This document shows, piece after piece, positions 38,084-40,113 of a stretch of 40,113 bases of DNA. Origin of the DNA: a virus; the UHGV virus genome UHGV-0369821, one strand, 5' to 3'. The translations under genes were made by a program, and so were the position numbers. The stretch's first letter is position 1, and each line of letters begins with the position of its first letter. The notes below the pieces were generated by a model that had not been told where the DNA came from, did no database searches, and saw nothing but the letters and a program-made list of their open reading frames with translations.

Positions 38084-38272
38084 GGTTAGAGAAACAACGG
38101 GATTAGAAAAGAATTGGTTTAAAAACATTTCTAATTTGGAACACGTTGGTTAGAGAAAGTAGGTTAGAATAAACCTTTTAATATTTATACTTATTGATTT
38201 ATTCCTTCGTTCGGCTAACAGGTTGCATAGAGAGGTTAACAAGAGTTCCAAGTTCGAAGGTATTAGAGAAAC
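38084..38272. repeat. iteron-like direct repeats G(G/T)TTAGA(G/A)AA
   Basis: GGTTAGAGAAAC at 38084, GATTAGAAAAG at 38101, GGTTAGAGAAAG at 38148, GGTTAGAATAAA at 38162, GTATTAGAGAAAC at 38260. All lie in a 1-kb AT-rich non-coding region. Confidence 0.5.
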
Positions 38273-38513
38273 GATAACATAGACCACTTCGAAGCTATTA
38301 ACTACCGTCTCCAACCACAAAGGACGTTACACCGTATATACGCGCGTGCGAATTTATAAGAGAGCAGAAAAAACTTTTTTCCAGTGTGTATGACAATTCT
38401 AAAAGAAAAAAACATTGATTGCCCTGTCGTTTCTGTTATTGTGAAGAGGTCGCAAGGAACTAAAGCGTTAGTTTTAGGATAGTAAGCGATAAACAATAAC
38501 CACTAAAAATAAT

Positions 38514-39047
38514 ATGGCATATAAAAAAATAAACGGAGAAGACTTTCCTCAAGATAAAGTCTCAGGCTTAATCGCTCTACTGAATAGTGATCCGATTAAA
38601 TCAGCCTTTTTCGTCAAAGAGTTTGAGGATATAGTTGAATCTGGCTGGGATTTGGAACCTGACTGTAATGTTTGGTACAGGGTAAAACCGTCAGTTCTTC
38701 AAGAAATAGATGAGCTGGACGTTTCCGAAAAAGAAAAGGAAGCAATCAAGAAAAAAGCTGCAACGATTGTCGGATGTCCTGTTTTTTATGTTGGCAAAAG
38801 AACAGATGGAGACGAAATTCTGACTGCTGGCATGGTAGAAGGACGCTATTTTGGTTTTAACAAGAAACACTTCCACAAGATTGAATCTGATGTTTATTCT
38901 AAAAATCTGAAAAAGGCCCTTCTTGTGTCCGAAAACTGGGACAAGTTCATCAAACCTCTTATTTGGGTGATTCGCGGTTTTGAGCTTGATGACTGCTCAA
39001 GTTTCCCTACCATTGTTGCGCCTAAGCTTTGTGATGAAGAAGATTAA
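38514..39047 (+). CDS. hypothetical protein
   Basis: 177-aa ORF, first gene after the non-coding region. Confidence 0.5.
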   Translation: MAYKKINGEDFPQDKVSGLIALLNSDPIKSAFFVKEFEDIVESGWDLEPDCNVWYRVKPSVLQEIDELDVSEKEKEAIKKKAATIVGCPVFYVGKRTDGDEILTAGMVEGRYFGFNKKHFHKIESDVYSKNLKKALLVSENWDKFIKPLIWVIRGFELDDCSSFPTIVAPKLCDEED

Positions 39048-39405
39048 CCTGACAGTATTGAATAACTTTTTAACGTTCCTGAATAATGTTCATGAGCTAA
39101 CCGAGAGGGGCTGGGTTCATGAAGCTACAGGAACAATGTACAAAAAGTGTTCAAAGCTATTCGACACATTCAAGGAATCCTATTCAGGTAACTCTCTAAG
39201 CCCTGAAAAAGATATTGTCTTTGAGGAGGTTTCCTTAACAGAGACACCTAATGATGAAGACGTCCTCGACGTACTTAGGGAAGAATGTGACGAAATCTGT
39301 GATTATCTTTACGATGTAGCAGGACAAGAATCATTTTTAGTCTCACAAGTAGATGAGATTAAAACTGTTTTAAGTCAGCAGCTATTTGTTGCTAGGAAGG
39401 TGTAG
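39034..39405 (+). CDS. hypothetical protein (start at internal ATG overlapping the upstream stop)
   Basis: ATGAAGAAGATTAA overlap. The longest ORF starts at 38980. Confidence 0.45.
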   Translation: MKKINLTVLNNFLTFLNNVHELTERGWVHEATGTMYKKCSKLFDTFKESYSGNSLSPEKDIVFEEVSLTETPNDEDVLDVLREECDEICDYLYDVAGQESFLVSQVDEIKTVLSQQLFVARKV

Positions 39406-39528
39406 CAAAAGAACAACCTAGAAGTCTAGGAGCTGTTCTAAAAATCAACAACATAAACAACAAACAAATATAGTAGAAAAGGGTGGGATAATCCAATATG
39501 GTTAGCCTTCCCTGCTACATTGCAAAGC

Positions 39529-39576
39529 ACCACCCTGCAAACGGGCAATATCCTATTTGCGGGGTGGTTGTTTTTA
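39529..39576 (+). terminator. rho-independent terminator
   Basis: 13-bp stem ACCACCCTGCAAA / TTTGCGGGGTGGT (one G-U pair) with a 14-nt loop, followed by TGTTTTTATTTG. Confidence 0.6.
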
Positions 39577-39592
39577 TTTGTAGGAAGGTCTT

Positions 39593-39985
39593 ATGAATGT
39601 TATTTGTCCATGTATGAAAACAACTCATACCTTCGATGCATTAGTGGAGGCTGTGGCAAATCAGGTTGGGCTTGATACCAGCATCCCAGAAGACCACACT
39701 AAAGCGTGCGAGCTTGTCACTTGGATGCTTGATGAAGGATATTCTTCTATCGTGTTGACACATGCGGCAGAGTTTGCCGAAGAGAAGGGAGTTCCGGGAA
39801 AATGGATTGCTCTTGTGAGTGCTATCATTGGTGCGCTCATTACCTTTTTCTGTACTACAGGGTGCGCTAATACCTCTTTCACCTTGTCCGGAGAACAGGG
39901 AGGCCAAATCAGCTACAGCGTTGACGAAAACGGGAATCTGATTATATACGGGAAGCCTCCTGTCGTTCAAACTAAGGGGAAATAA
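39593..39985 (+). CDS. small membrane protein
   Basis: 130-aa ORF with one hydrophobic segment, WIALVSAIIGALITFFC. Confidence 0.45.
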   Translation: MNVICPCMKTTHTFDALVEAVANQVGLDTSIPEDHTKACELVTWMLDEGYSSIVLTHAAEFAEEKGVPGKWIALVSAIIGALITFFCTTGCANTSFTLSGEQGGQISYSVDENGNLIIYGKPPVVQTKGK

Positions 39986-40037
39986 GAAGATGTGCCAGCT
40001 CTCCCAAGTGCCAAAATACTTTTTAGAGTTTGCTAAG

Positions 40038-40113
40038 CAATCCCCTATGTTCGCTTGCCTTATGATGTCGCTGGCGATATGTGGAGGAGCATGTTGGTAT
40101 ATTGGAGAACTGG
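40038..40113 (+). CDS. 5' end of a membrane protein gene continuing past the window
   Basis: MFACLMMSLAICGGACWYIGEL begins hydrophobic. Partial. Confidence 0.2.

Noticed and set aside
37454-38513. tRNA or other structured RNA gene in the 1-kb non-coding region (e.g. GTTCGAAGG near 38245)
   Set aside because: No acceptor or anticodon arm pairing could be built around it. No cloverleaf found by eye.
1-40113. CRISPR arrays, rRNA, integrase/attachment sites
   Set aside because: No spaced direct-repeat array, no rRNA-like segments, and no tyrosine or serine recombinase catalytic domain were seen. Integration status cannot be decided from this window.

Overview
The window reads as a phage or prophage segment with a podovirus-type structural gene order resembling T7: terminase, portal, scaffold, major capsid, tubular tail proteins, very large internal virion proteins, tail fiber. 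Start contexts lack Shine-Dalgarno motifs and have A-rich leaders in the AT-rich part, which suggests a Bacteroidota-like host; this is inference. Layout: (1) 0.1-10.9 kb is an AT-rich early module, mostly on the minus strand. It holds a RuvC-like resolvase, a MazG-like NTPase, a Cas4/RecB-like PD-(D/E)XK nuclease with a cysteine cluster, a possible annealing protein, a DnaC-like helicase loader, an amidoligase (GS/GCS2-like) paired with an Ntn (GAT-II-like) hydrolase, and a tight operon of small unknown genes. (2) 10.9-12.0 kb is a 1-kb non-coding divergent hub with poly-G runs and inverted repeats. (3) 12.0-14.5 kb is a plus-strand domain that is about 80 percent purine yet genuinely coding, with purine-forced wobble positions. 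It contains three charged, low-complexity proteins, an Amidase_3 endolysin and a terminase small-subunit candidate. The bias decays as a gradient through the large terminase and portal genes. (4) 14.4-37.5 kb is the structural module. (5) 37.5-38.5 kb is a second non-coding region with a terminator, paired palindromes and iteron-like repeats, followed by the start of another plus-strand gene set. No rRNA, tRNA or CRISPR array was found. All product calls come from motif reading and synteny only; no searches were run.
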